Below, piece by piece: positions 8,340 through 16,919 of a DNA stretch of 39,151 nt; position 1 is the stretch's first letter; every line of letters starts with the position of its first letter. Both the position numbers and the translations under genes were made by a program. The stretch covers positions 1 to 39,151 of the forward strand of contig JBPEXC010000364.1 of the NCBI GenBank assembly GCA_052032035.1, in the 5' to 3' direction. The stretch comes from Acidimicrobiales bacterium (GTDB lineage: Bacteria; Actinomycetota; Acidimicrobiia; Acidimicrobiales; SZUA-35). Under the pieces are notes generated by a model, which saw only the letters and a list, made by a program, of their open reading frames with translations, was not told the origin of the DNA and did not search any database.

Positions 8340-9109
8340 CTGTCACGATTACCGCTCAGACCAACACCGCTCAGACCTTCACCCCACTGCTCGCCACGCT
8401 GCGGGCCGAGACGATCAAGCTCGCGACCGTGCGGGCCACCCGCGTGATCGCCGGACTGACGATCGGGGTCGGCGGGTTCGCCGCCTTCGCCGTCGCCCGG
8501 TTCGTCGAGGACGAACCCCTCTACGTCGCCAACGTGTTCGGCTTCTCCACCGTGTTCACCGCCGTCTTCGCCGCCGTGGCAGCGATCCTGATCCACACCA
8601 GCGACGCCGAGCACGGCACCCTGGCCCAGGCCTTCGTCGCCCAGCCCCGCCGGGCCCGGGTGCTGGCGGCCAAGTTGGTGGTCGCCGTCGGGTTCGCAGC
8701 GCTGCTGTGCGTCGGCGGGTTGGCGGCCGGCACCGCCGGCTCGTTGCTCGGCGGACTCGGCTGGGAGCACGCCGACACGATCCCCGGCATCGTCGGGTGG
8801 TCGCTGGGCTTCTCGGCGCTCGCCGCCGTGCTCGGCCTCGGCCTCGGGTTCGCCGCCCGCCAGGGGGCGGCTGCGATCTCCGGGCTGCTCGTGTGGTGGC
8901 TGGTCGTCGAGAACATCGTGATGGCGTTCGCGAAGCCGACCGTGGCCCGCTACCTGCCCTTCGTCGCCGGCAACGGGATGCTCGGCTTCGACGCCGACGA
9001 CGCCGGCGCCGACTTCTTCGGCCCGGAGACGAGCGCCGTCATCTTCGGGGCCTATGCCCTGGTCGTGTTGGGTGTCGGGATCGTCGTCGCTCGCCGCACC
9101 GAACCGTGA
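8336..9109 (+). CDS. ABC-2 type transporter permease
   Basis: ATGA overlap with the ATPase gene. 257 aa with about 6 hydrophobic helices. Confidence 0.8.
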   Translation: MTVTITAQTNTAQTFTPLLATLRAETIKLATVRATRVIAGLTIGVGGFAAFAVARFVEDEPLYVANVFGFSTVFTAVFAAVAAILIHTSDAEHGTLAQAFVAQPRRARVLAAKLVVAVGFAALLCVGGLAAGTAGSLLGGLGWEHADTIPGIVGWSLGFSALAAVLGLGLGFAARQGAAAISGLLVWWLVVENIVMAFAKPTVARYLPFVAGNGMLGFDADDAGADFFGPETSAVIFGAYALVVLGVGIVVARRTEP

Positions 9110-9133
9110 ACCGGACCGTGAGCCGGACCGTAC
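9098..9133 (+). repeat. 12-bp tandem repeat x3 copying the last codons plus stop of the permease gene
   Basis: ACCGAACCGTGA / ACCGGACCGTGA / GCCGGACCGTAC. The first TGA (9107-9109) is the stop, and a second in-frame TGA lies at 9119-9121. Confidence 0.85.
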
Positions 9134-9173
9134 GACTGTCCGGGTTTCACATTCGGGGCGAGGGAGGACAAGG

Positions 9174-9665
9174 ATGGGATCCATGTCCTCCCTCGCCGAT
9201 TTCGACGCCATCACCCTCACCGGGCAGCCCCAGGACCTCGGCGACTACGCCGGCAAGGTCGTGCTGGTGGTCAACACCGCCTCGAAGTGTGGGTTCACCC
9301 CCCAGTACGCAGGGCTCCAGGAGCTCCACGAGCGCTACGGCGACGAGGGCCTGGTGATCCTCGGCTTCCCGTGCAATCAGTTCGGGAAGCAGGAGCCGGG
9401 TGAGAGCGACGACATCTCGGAGTTCTGCCAGATCAACTACGGCGTGACCTTCCAGATGTTCTCCAAGGTCGACGTCAACGGCGACAACGCCCATCCGCTG
9501 TTCGACTGGCTCAAGTCGCAGCAGGGCGGCCTGCTCGGCGACCGGATCAAGTGGAACTTCACGAAGTTCCTGATCGGCAAGGACGGTCAGGTCCTCGGGC
9601 GGTATGCGCCGAAGACCACCCCGGCCAAGCTGGCCGACGACATCGAGGCCGCACTCGCCGCCTGA
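9174..9665 (+). CDS. glutathione peroxidase family protein (Cys-type)
   Basis: Motifs NTASKCGFT, FPCNQFG and WNFTKFL are present. ATG at 9174 follows GGGAGGA. Confidence 0.9.
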   Translation: MGSMSSLADFDAITLTGQPQDLGDYAGKVVLVVNTASKCGFTPQYAGLQELHERYGDEGLVILGFPCNQFGKQEPGESDDISEFCQINYGVTFQMFSKVDVNGDNAHPLFDWLKSQQGGLLGDRIKWNFTKFLIGKDGQVLGRYAPKTTPAKLADDIEAALAA

Positions 9666-9700
9666 TTCATGTTCGGGCGGCAGCGGTCGAGCATGCGTCC

Positions 9701-10414
9701 ATGGACCGCACGCGCCCGTGGTGGCACCTGGTCGTTGCGTTGATCGCCGTCACCGGCGTGGCCGCCGCGTGCTCGGGCGGCGACGACGAGGGCTCCGCCA
9801 TCGACGACTCGGCGATGGATGAGGAGTCCGGCGACGAGGGTGAGGCCGCCGAGGCCGCCGAGACGACGACCACCGAGACCGTTCCCGACACGATCGCATT
9901 GGACGAGGGAGCACTCGAAGAAGGAGCAGAGGACGAGGGGGACGATGCCGCGACCACGACGACGGCAGCCCCGACGACCACCGGCCAGCCGACGACGACC
10001 CAGCCGGCGACCACGTCGACGGCGATCTACGAGCTGGCCGACGGGGCGGGGTGCACGCCCGGCTTCGACGGGGCGCTGCCCGACGGTCGCTGGTACGGCT
10101 TCGTGACGATGATGACCGAGACGTCGGTCGAGTTCGACCTGGCGTGTCACTACTCCGGTTCGGCCGTGAGCGCTGCCGGCGGCACGGGCGCCACGCACGT
10201 CACCAACGAGAACGACACCCTGCGCACGGTGGCCGTCGCGGCCGAGGCCAACGTCACCTGGTACCCGTCGATGGACCCGGCCGACGAGGTGGTCGGGACC
10301 TACGCCGACTGGATGGCCGGGCGAGCCGAGGTGGCGGTCGCCGACCGCCCCGGCGTGTGGCTCGACACGGTGAGCGGCGCCGTCGTGATCGTCACTGAGG
10401 AACTCAGCGAGTAG
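9701..10414 (+). CDS. lipoprotein with acidic/Thr-rich linker and unassigned C-terminal domain (paralogue 1)
   Basis: Signal peptide plus lipobox (VAAAC), a D/E/T-rich linker, and a C-terminal domain of about 130 aa shared with 11285..11929. Confidence 0.75.
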   Translation: MDRTRPWWHLVVALIAVTGVAAACSGGDDEGSAIDDSAMDEESGDEGEAAEAAETTTTETVPDTIALDEGALEEGAEDEGDDAATTTTAAPTTTGQPTTTQPATTSTAIYELADGAGCTPGFDGALPDGRWYGFVTMMTETSVEFDLACHYSGSAVSAAGGTGATHVTNENDTLRTVAVAAEANVTWYPSMDPADEVVGTYADWMAGRAEVAVADRPGVWLDTVSGAVVIVTEELSE

Positions 10415-10440
10415 TCGCGGTGCTCAGCGAGTAGTCGCGG
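10401..10440 (+). repeat. 20-bp tandem duplication including the TAG stop of the lipoprotein gene
   Basis: AACTCAGCGAGTAGTCGCGG / TGCTCAGCGAGTAGTCGCGG, with a perfect 18-mer repeated. The stop is TAG 10412-10414 and its copy lies at 10432-10434. Confidence 0.9.
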
Positions 10441-10457
10441 ACCTGGGTTGAGGACGA

Positions 10458-11228
10458 TCAGCGCTTGAAGTAGCGCAGCGTCGTCACGGGGGTGAAGCCG
10501 AGGGATCGGGCGAGGGCGGCCGACCCGAGGTTGTCGTCGGTCTGGCGATAGAGGGGTTCGACCCCCTCGGCCAGGAGGGCCCGGGCCGTCTCGACGACCG
10601 CGGCGCGGCCGAGGCCCTTGCCGCGTGCGTCGGCGGCGACCAACACACCGATGTCGCCGAAGCGACGCTCGCCGAAGGGCTCGTCCCAGTCCCAGGGGGC
10701 GGCCGACGCCCAGGCGACGATCCGGCCGGAGCGGTCGCTGATCACCCGGATGGCGAACTCCTGGAAGTCGTCGAGTTCGTCGAGGGCGGCCTCCTCGACG
10801 TCGTCGGGGTCGCACGATTCGGTGAACGCGGTGACGCGCTCGAGCGTCGCCGGGTCGGCAGGGTCGAGCGCCTCGAACGCGAGGCCGTCGGGCAGCGTGG
10901 CGGGCTCGGGGAGCGAGTCGTCGGCGAGGAGTCGCATCGTGGCGTCGGCGACGAACTCGAACCCGGCCGTCTCGGCGAACGCGAACAGCTCGTCGGCGGT
11001 GGGGGCGGTGCGCCGCTCGGCGAGGGGGGCGAAGGCGTCGACGACGGCGGGGTCGGCCCAGACGAGGAGGTGGTCGTCGACCGAGTAGCAGGCGGCGGCG
11101 CCGGAGTCGGCCCGATCGTCACGCCCGATCGGAGTGACACCGGGGTCGACGAAGGTGGACGGATCGAGGTCGACGGTGGCGGCGAGGCCGGCGAGGAAGC
11201 GGGCTCGTTGGGTGTCGTGGCGAGTCAC
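10458..11228 (-). CDS. GNAT family N-acetyltransferase with N-terminal extension
   Basis: C-terminal GNAT core (GVLVAADARGKGLGRAAVVETARALL). GTG 11228 is preferred because ATG 11291 would overlap the divergent ATG at 11285. Confidence 0.75.
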   Translation of the reverse strand: MTRHDTQRARFLAGLAATVDLDPSTFVDPGVTPIGRDDRADSGAAACYSVDDHLLVWADPAVVDAFAPLAERRTAPTADELFAFAETAGFEFVADATMRLLADDSLPEPATLPDGLAFEALDPADPATLERVTAFTESCDPDDVEEAALDELDDFQEFAIRVISDRSGRIVAWASAAPWDWDEPFGERRFGDIGVLVAADARGKGLGRAAVVETARALLAEGVEPLYRQTDDNLGSAALARSLGFTPVTTLRYFKR

Positions 11229-11284
11229 GGGCGACAGGCTAGGGGCGGTCGTCGTGCCGCCCTCGTGCGTGGCACGATGCGGGC

Positions 11285-11929
11285 ATGACATCGGTCTCCC
11301 TGCGCCTGGTGATGCTCGGCGGTCTCCTCCTGGCCGTCGCCTGTTCGGGCGGGTCCGACGCCGCCGACACGACCACGACCGAGTCGACCACGACGACCAC
11401 GACCGAGGCGGCGACCACCACGTCGACCGTCACCACGACGACGACCCCCACGACCGCGCCGACCACGACCACGTCGACCACGACCGCCCCGACCACGACG
11501 TTGGTGGTGACCGACCTGGCCGAGGGGTCGGGGTGCACCCCCGGCGACGGTCCGCTGCCGGACGGTCGGTGGTTCGGCTACGTCGAGGCCACCGAGGCGG
11601 GCGAGCTGAAGTTCGACCTGGCGTGCTGGTTCAGCGGCGTCGGCGCCGAGGCGGCCGCCACGGCGGCGGGCGACGAGTCACCCCCGCCCAACGACTACTT
11701 CGTGACGAACGACAACGACGCCCTGCGCACGGTGCCGGTCGACCCCGCGGTGAACGTGACCTACTACGAGGAGTTCTTGACGAGCGGGTCGATCGACAAC
11801 CCCGACGTCGGTTCCTACGACGACTGGGTCGCCTACCGGTCGGCCCTGCCGGCCGAGGCCCGCCTCGGGGTGTGGCTCGACGTGGTCGACGGTGTCGTCG
11901 TGATCATCAGCGAGCAGTGGGTGCCGTGA
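11285..11929 (+). CDS. lipoprotein with Thr-rich linker and unassigned C-terminal domain (paralogue 2)
   Basis: Lipobox LAVAC, a linker of about 50 aa made almost only of T/A/P/S/E, and a C-terminal domain alignable to that of 9701..10414. Confidence 0.75.
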   Translation: MTSVSLRLVMLGGLLLAVACSGGSDAADTTTTESTTTTTTEAATTTSTVTTTTTPTTAPTTTTSTTTAPTTTLVVTDLAEGSGCTPGDGPLPDGRWFGYVEATEAGELKFDLACWFSGVGAEAAATAAGDESPPPNDYFVTNDNDALRTVPVDPAVNVTYYEEFLTSGSIDNPDVGSYDDWVAYRSALPAEARLGVWLDVVDGVVVIISEQWVP

Positions 11930-12920
11930 CGGTCTGATCAGCTCGCGCCGGATTGGCACACCGGAACCCGATGTTGGCGGTCGCCGAGTCGGGGGTCGTG
12001 CTCGACCGGGCGGCGACCCGGTAGCGGTGGCAGTAGGAGTCGTGGCAGAGGTAGGAGCCTCCCCGCATCACCCGGGTCGCCCCGCTCGTCGGGCCGCGCG
12101 GATCGGTGACCGGGCCGTCGGCCCGATCGCGGTAGGTGAACGGCGAGAACCAGTCGGCGCACCACTCCCAGACGTTGCCGGCGAGTTGGTGGAGGCCGAA
12201 TCCGTTGGGCGCGAAGGCGCTGACGGGTGCGGTGGTGAGGTGGCCGTCGTCGCCGGTGTTCTCGGTGGGGAAGCGGCCCTGGAAGATGTTGCAGCGCCAC
12301 TCGCCGTCGGGAGTGAGGTCGTCGCCCCACGGGAACCGGCGGCCGGCGAGTCCGCCTCGCGCCGCGAACTCCCACTGCGCCTCGGTCGGCAGGGTGGTGC
12401 CGGCCCAGCGGCAGAACGCCTGGGCGTCGGACCACGAGACGTGCACGACCGGGTGGTCACCGCGATCGCCGATCGAGGAGTGGGGGCCTTCGGGGTGACG
12501 CCAGTCGGCGCCGTCGACGGCCAGCCACCACGGGGTGGCGCCGACCCGGTGGCGGACGTGGGCGGGGTCGCCGTCGAAGGCGAGGTGGAACACGGCCGAC
12601 ACGCCGATGTCCTCGGCGTCGGTCACCCAGCCGGTGGCGTCGACGAAGGCGGCGAACCGTTCGTTGGTGACGGCGACCGGGTCGAGGAAGAACGGCGCGA
12701 CGGTGACGTCGTGGGCCGGTTGTTCGCCGTCGGCCGAGTAGCCCTCGCCGAGGGCGTCACCCATCGTGAAGGTGCCGCCGGGCACGAGCACCTGCCCGCT
12801 CGTGTCGGTCGGCGCCGCCTCGATGGCGTCCGTCCGGCCTGCGTCGGACGGTTCGGTGACGGCCGGAGCGGTTCGAGGAGCGCAGCACGGCGAGGCGGCG
12901 GGACGGTCGTCGGCGTGCAC
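11907..12920 (-). CDS. formylglycine-generating enzyme (FGE/SUMF1) family protein
   Basis: Motifs HPVVHVSWSDAQAFCRWAG, NVWEWCADW and MRGGSYLCHDSYCHRYRVAARS are present. GTG 12920 is chosen; the upstream 350 codons of ORF 11907..13970 are antisense shadow of the SDR gene. Confidence 0.8.
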   Translation of the reverse strand: MHADDRPAASPCCAPRTAPAVTEPSDAGRTDAIEAAPTDTSGQVLVPGGTFTMGDALGEGYSADGEQPAHDVTVAPFFLDPVAVTNERFAAFVDATGWVTDAEDIGVSAVFHLAFDGDPAHVRHRVGATPWWLAVDGADWRHPEGPHSSIGDRGDHPVVHVSWSDAQAFCRWAGTTLPTEAQWEFAARGGLAGRRFPWGDDLTPDGEWRCNIFQGRFPTENTGDDGHLTTAPVSAFAPNGFGLHQLAGNVWEWCADWFSPFTYRDRADGPVTDPRGPTSGATRVMRGGSYLCHDSYCHRYRVAARSSTTPDSATANIGFRCANPARADQTVTAPTAR

Positions 12921-12962
12921 CCGGGCGACGGTAGCGGCCGCCCGCTGTGGTAGTCCGGTGTG

Positions 12963-13706
12963 ATGACCAGTCCCCGCCGCGTCGCCCTCGTCGCCAACAC
13001 GTCGTTCTACGTCGGTCCGCCGATCGCCAAGCTGCTCGCCGAGCGGGGTCACGACCTCGTGATCGGCGACCCGGCCGACGGCCTCGTCGACGAGCTCGAG
13101 GCGCTCGGCGCCACCGTGGCCGTTGCACCCGGGCGTGTCGACCTCCGCACCGCCGATTCGATCCGCTCGCTCGTCGACCTCGGGCTCGAGCGGTTCGGCC
13201 GGATCGACGCCGCCGTCGCGTTCACCGGCCGGGTGGTGACCGGCCCCTTCCTCGACGCCTCGGCCGACGACCTCGCTGCCGTCGTCAGCGGCTGCCTCGA
13301 CGAGGCGTTCCACTTCCTCCAGGGGGTCGTGGCGCCGATGGTCGACGCCGGCGACGGGCAGGTCCTGCTCCTCACCAGCGCGACCGGATCGAAGCCGACG
13401 CCGAACGCGCCCCTCTATTCGTCGGTGCGGGCGGCCGCCAACATGCTGGCCCGCAACGTCGCCGCCGAGGTGGCGTCGTCGGGCGTGCAGGTGAACGTCG
13501 TCGGCACCAACTTCATGGACTTCCCCGAGTTCCGCCGGGCCAGCGGCGCCGACGATCCGGCGGTGCGAGCACGGATCGAGAAGGCGGTGCCGATGCGACG
13601 GCTCGGCACGGTCGAGGAGTGCGCCGCCTTCTGCATGCCGTTCCTCGACGGCTCCAGCGGGTTCACCACCGGACAGGTCGTCAACTACGCGGGTGGTTGG
13701 GTGTAA
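12963..13706 (+). CDS. atypical short-chain dehydrogenase/reductase-fold protein with halohydrin dehalogenase-like signature
   Basis: SDR fold, but the Rossmann TGxxxGxG motif is replaced by ANTSFYVG. The catalytic pattern is S-x12-Y-x3-R (S140, Y153, R157 counted from GTG 12960; codons 13377, 13416, 13428) instead of YxxxK. Confidence 0.7.
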   Translation: MTSPRRVALVANTSFYVGPPIAKLLAERGHDLVIGDPADGLVDELEALGATVAVAPGRVDLRTADSIRSLVDLGLERFGRIDAAVAFTGRVVTGPFLDASADDLAAVVSGCLDEAFHFLQGVVAPMVDAGDGQVLLLTSATGSKPTPNAPLYSSVRAAANMLARNVAAEVASSGVQVNVVGTNFMDFPEFRRASGADDPAVRARIEKAVPMRRLGTVEECAAFCMPFLDGSSGFTTGQVVNYAGGWV

Positions 13707-13716
13707 GACTGGTCGG

Positions 13717-14235
13717 GTGGTGGCGAGGCGGACCTGGCGGGCGATCAGGAGATTCGGACGGCGGGCTTGGTCGGGGCCGACCGAGGAGACCGCCGACGAG
13801 GTCGCGTCCGGGGTCGAGCTGACGGTCGGGCGCGGCACGATCCGTCGAGTCGGTGCCTCGGTGCCGAGCCGGAAGGACGGGTCGCCGTCGAAGGCCACGA
13901 TCTGGGCGACCGGGCCGAGCCTGGGCGAGCGGACCCGCGTCGACCCGGCGCACCTCGCGGCCGACGGCACCGTCGTGTGGAACGACGAGTGGGATGTCGG
14001 CGCGACCTACTACTTCAAGCACGTCGAGAGCGAGCGCGGCTTCGACGAGGCCGGCTACTTCCGGGTCGAGGCCGACGGCCTCGTCCACCGCTACCGGGCC
14101 CGCCAGGTGGCCAAGGGCGACGACTCATCCAGTGGCTGTGTCGGCGATGGTTGCACGTCGTTCGACGGGTGCGGCTGCGTGGGCGACCTCCTCGGCGCGA
14201 TGTTCGACGGGCTCGACATCCTCGGCGGGCTCTAG
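13717..14235 (+). CDS. hypothetical protein with Cys-rich C-terminus
   Basis: GC3 is high from about 13750 onward. Possible GTG starts are 13693, 13717 and 13720. The C-terminus is SSSGCVGDGCTSFDGCGCVGDLLGAMFDGLDILGGL. I recognise no family. Confidence 0.55.
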   Translation: MVARRTWRAIRRFGRRAWSGPTEETADEVASGVELTVGRGTIRRVGASVPSRKDGSPSKATIWATGPSLGERTRVDPAHLAADGTVVWNDEWDVGATYYFKHVESERGFDEAGYFRVEADGLVHRYRARQVAKGDDSSSGCVGDGCTSFDGCGCVGDLLGAMFDGLDILGGL

Positions 14236-16139
14236 CTCGCAGCGCCGCCCGACCCGAGGGGGAACAGCGGCGCGAGGTCGTCGCTCGGGCGGTCACCGGG
14301 CGAGGCGATCGCGTCGGCCATCGACGCCGGGAGCCGGAACGGCATGCGGCCCTCGGGGGTGGCGGCGCCCGTCAGCACGTCGGCCACGGCGGCCGGGGAG
14401 GCGCCGAGGTCGGCGACGACGGCCGCCGCCCGGCTCGGGCTGTCGGCGTCGACGAAGGGCCTGAGGATCGGGGGTCGGTCCATCGTCACCACCAACACCG
14501 TCGGCACCGCGGTCAGCAGCGCGTCGAGACGGCGGCGTTCGGGGGTGCCGGGCTTGAAGTCGAGGTCGCCCTCGTGCTGCCAGCGGCCGAAGAAGAACCC
14601 GGGGTGGAGGTCCTCGTGGGGCGTCGAGGTGGTGACGACGGCGTAGGTGGCGGTGGTGACGTCGTCGGTGACCGTCACGCCTCGAGCGGCCAGCTCGTCG
14701 GCCAGCTGGCCGTCGGCCCACACGATCGCCCCGGCGGGAACGGTGGCCGTTCCGGCGAGGACGACCAGGCTGCGTCGTTGGGCGTCGGCGGCCTCGGCCC
14801 GGGCGTCGGGCGACCCGACGACGGCGGCCGCCCGGTCGGGGTCGACGAAGGGCTGCTCGAACAGACCGAGCTCGAACTTGTGGGCGAGCACGCGGGCGGC
14901 GGCGTCGTCGATCCGGGCCTCGCTGATCCGACCCGAGCGCACCGCCTCGAGCAGGGGAGCGGGGTCCTCCTCGCCGCCGATCTGGTCGACGCCGGCGTTG
15001 ATGCATGCCGCGAACCGCTCCACCCGCGACAGGTCCTCGACGCCCCAACACATGGCGATGTCGGCGGCCTCCTGGGTCGGCTCGCCGGTGCGGCATGCGT
15101 CGTTGCAGTCGCGGGTGATCGCCCAGTCCGACAGCACCAGACCGCCGAACTCGTGATCGCGTCGAAGCAGATCCTGGAGCAGTTGGCGGTTGAAGCCGGC
15201 CCCGACCTGTTCGAGCGGGACGCCGTCGAGTTCGACGCCCTGCAGGATGCTGTAGGTCGGCATCACACCGGCGACGCCGTTGGCGAAGGCCCGGGCGAAG
15301 GCGGCGACGTGGTCGTCGAAGGCGTCGGACGGGAACGCGGCGTGGCGGCCGTAGAAGTTGTGGCCGTCGAAGCCGTTGGCGGTGGCGCCGTAGCCCACCC
15401 AGTGCTTCACGACGCACGCCACCGAGGTCGGGCCGAGCCCGTCGGTGCCCGCCTGCACACCCTCGACATACGCGCCGACCATGCGGTCGACCAGCGCCGG
15501 GTCCTCGCCGAACGAGCCGCTGAAGCGGGGCCAGCGGGGGTTGGTGGCCAGGTCGGCCTGGGGCGCCAGCGACATGGCGATGCCCACGGCCCGGTACTCG
15601 CGACGCACGCAGTCGCCGAACGAGCGCACGAGGTCGACGTCGTCGAGGGCGCCGAGGCCGAGCGTCTCGGGCCACTCGGTGAACCCGGTGCCCGACACGG
15701 TGGCGCCGACCAGATCGCCGAAGTGGTGGCGGGGGTCGCTGGAGACGGTGACCGGGATGCCGAGGCGTGCCTCGGCGGCGATCCGCTGCACGAGGTTGTT
15801 CTGCTCGGCGAACGGTCCGGGCGCCGGCACGAGCCGGGTGATCATCGACGTGACGTGGCGGCCCTCGATCAGGCCGGCCACGTCGTCGAGGTCGTAGCGC
15901 TCGCCCCGACCGAGCACGGCGAGCGGCCCCGCGTCGGCCCGGAGGGTGCCGTGCAGCATCGTGCCGACCTTCTCCTCGAGCGTCATGCGGGCGACGAGGT
16001 CGGCCACCCGTTCGGCGACCGGCCGGCGCCAGTCCTCGTAGGGGGCGAGCTCGCCGTCGTGGTCGAGGTCGCGGAACGTCAGGCCGTCGACCGTGATCGT
16101 CGGGACCGCGGGGTCGATGTCGGGCTGGGTGAGGGGCAC
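14232..16139 (-). CDS. glycoside hydrolase family 3 (beta-glucosidase-like)
   Basis: 635 aa with GH3 N- and C-terminal domains and the nucleophile context LVLSDWAI. There is no obvious signal peptide. GTG start. Confidence 0.9.
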   Translation of the reverse strand: MPLTQPDIDPAVPTITVDGLTFRDLDHDGELAPYEDWRRPVAERVADLVARMTLEEKVGTMLHGTLRADAGPLAVLGRGERYDLDDVAGLIEGRHVTSMITRLVPAPGPFAEQNNLVQRIAAEARLGIPVTVSSDPRHHFGDLVGATVSGTGFTEWPETLGLGALDDVDLVRSFGDCVRREYRAVGIAMSLAPQADLATNPRWPRFSGSFGEDPALVDRMVGAYVEGVQAGTDGLGPTSVACVVKHWVGYGATANGFDGHNFYGRHAAFPSDAFDDHVAAFARAFANGVAGVMPTYSILQGVELDGVPLEQVGAGFNRQLLQDLLRRDHEFGGLVLSDWAITRDCNDACRTGEPTQEAADIAMCWGVEDLSRVERFAACINAGVDQIGGEEDPAPLLEAVRSGRISEARIDDAAARVLAHKFELGLFEQPFVDPDRAAAVVGSPDARAEAADAQRRSLVVLAGTATVPAGAIVWADGQLADELAARGVTVTDDVTTATYAVVTTSTPHEDLHPGFFFGRWQHEGDLDFKPGTPERRRLDALLTAVPTVLVVTMDRPPILRPFVDADSPSRAAAVVADLGASPAAVADVLTGAATPEGRMPFRLPASMADAIASPGDRPSDDLAPLFPLGSGGAAS

Positions 16140-16163
16140 CCGGCCGAGGCTAGGAGGGTTCGG

Positions 16164-16853
16164 TCACGAGGCCGCAGGCACCGGGGGTTCGGTGACGCTC
16201 GCCGATGAGGTGAGCACCTCGTCGGGCACCGTCGCCATCTTCTCCCACACCTCGTCGGGGTAGCCGAGGCGCGGCTTGGACGGGTCGACCGCCGGCTGCG
16301 GGACGCGCCCCTCGCTGGTGAAGGCGGCCGGTCGGATCATTGCGGCGGCCTCGTCGTCGGAGATCCCGAGGTCCACGCAGATCTTCGGGTCGACCCAGCG
16401 CGAGGCGTCGATCGGTTCGGCCGACCACGCCGCCTCGAGCACCAGCCCCTCGGGTCCGCCGAAGTAGATCGAGGTGCACAGGCCGTGCTCGATCGGGCCG
16501 ATCACGACCAGACCGTGGCTGCGGATGCGGTCCTGGAGGGCGAGCAGGGCGTCGTGGTCGGCGACGGCGAACGCGAGGTGCTGCATCGTGCCCGGCGCCG
16601 ACGGGCCCGCGCCGGTGCCGGCGTGGGTGACGCCGAGCTCGGGTTCGGCGGCTTCGTTGCCCGGCACCTGGGTGAACGACAGGCAGTAGCCGGTGGTCGG
16701 GTCGAGCTCGACGAAGGCGTGGATGGCGCCGGGCACGCCGTGCATGTCGAACAGGGCGACGAGCGGCATGCCGAGCACCTGGGTGAAGAACTCGAGCTGG
16801 CCCTTCATGTCGGTGGTCTGCACGGCCAGGTGATGAACGCCGGTGGTGGTCAT
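16164..16853 (-). CDS. VOC (glyoxalase/bleomycin resistance/extradiol dioxygenase) family protein with C-terminal extension
   Basis: ATG at 16853 (MTTTGVHHLAVQTTD...). A single VOC module is followed by a tail of about 75 aa. The rest of ORF 16164..18140 is shadow. Confidence 0.85.
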   Translation of the reverse strand: MTTTGVHHLAVQTTDMKGQLEFFTQVLGMPLVALFDMHGVPGAIHAFVELDPTTGYCLSFTQVPGNEAAEPELGVTHAGTGAGPSAPGTMQHLAFAVADHDALLALQDRIRSHGLVVIGPIEHGLCTSIYFGGPEGLVLEAAWSAEPIDASRWVDPKICVDLGISDDEAAAMIRPAAFTSEGRVPQPAVDPSKPRLGYPDEVWEKMATVPDEVLTSSASVTEPPVPAAS

Positions 16854-16882
16854 GGTGTGGGTCCCCTCTTGCGCGATTGCCG

Positions 16883-16916
16883 GCAGCTTGCGCTGTCTCG
16901 TCGCAGCTTGCGCTGT
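16883..16916. promoter_or_regulatory. direct repeat GCAGCTTGCGCTGT x2 (20-bp period) in a divergent promoter region
   Basis: Perfect 14-mers at 16883-16896 and 16903-16916, between the VOC gene (-) and the ACAD-fold gene (+). Confidence 0.4.
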
Positions 16917-16919
16917 TCC

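Noticed and set aside
9098-10440. Short tandem repeats near gene ends considered as a CRISPR array or minisatellite.
   Set aside because: The units are 12-20 bp, directly abutting with no spacers, present in only 2-3 copies, and have no cas genes nearby. They are reported instead as stop-codon-spanning duplications.
11360-11500. A long ACC/ACG-rich tract that looks like a microsatellite.
   Set aside because: It is in frame and encodes the Thr/Ala/Pro linker of the lipoprotein. It is low-complexity coding sequence, not an independent element.
13767-16208. An 813-aa + strand ORF, together with the nested 460-aa - strand ORF 14293..15675, across the GH3 gene.
   Set aside because: The translations are Arg/Gly/Pro/Ala-rich with no recognisable domains. 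They are alternative frames of a clearly real GH3 gene (14232..16139, -), which is typical high-GC shadow ORF behaviour.
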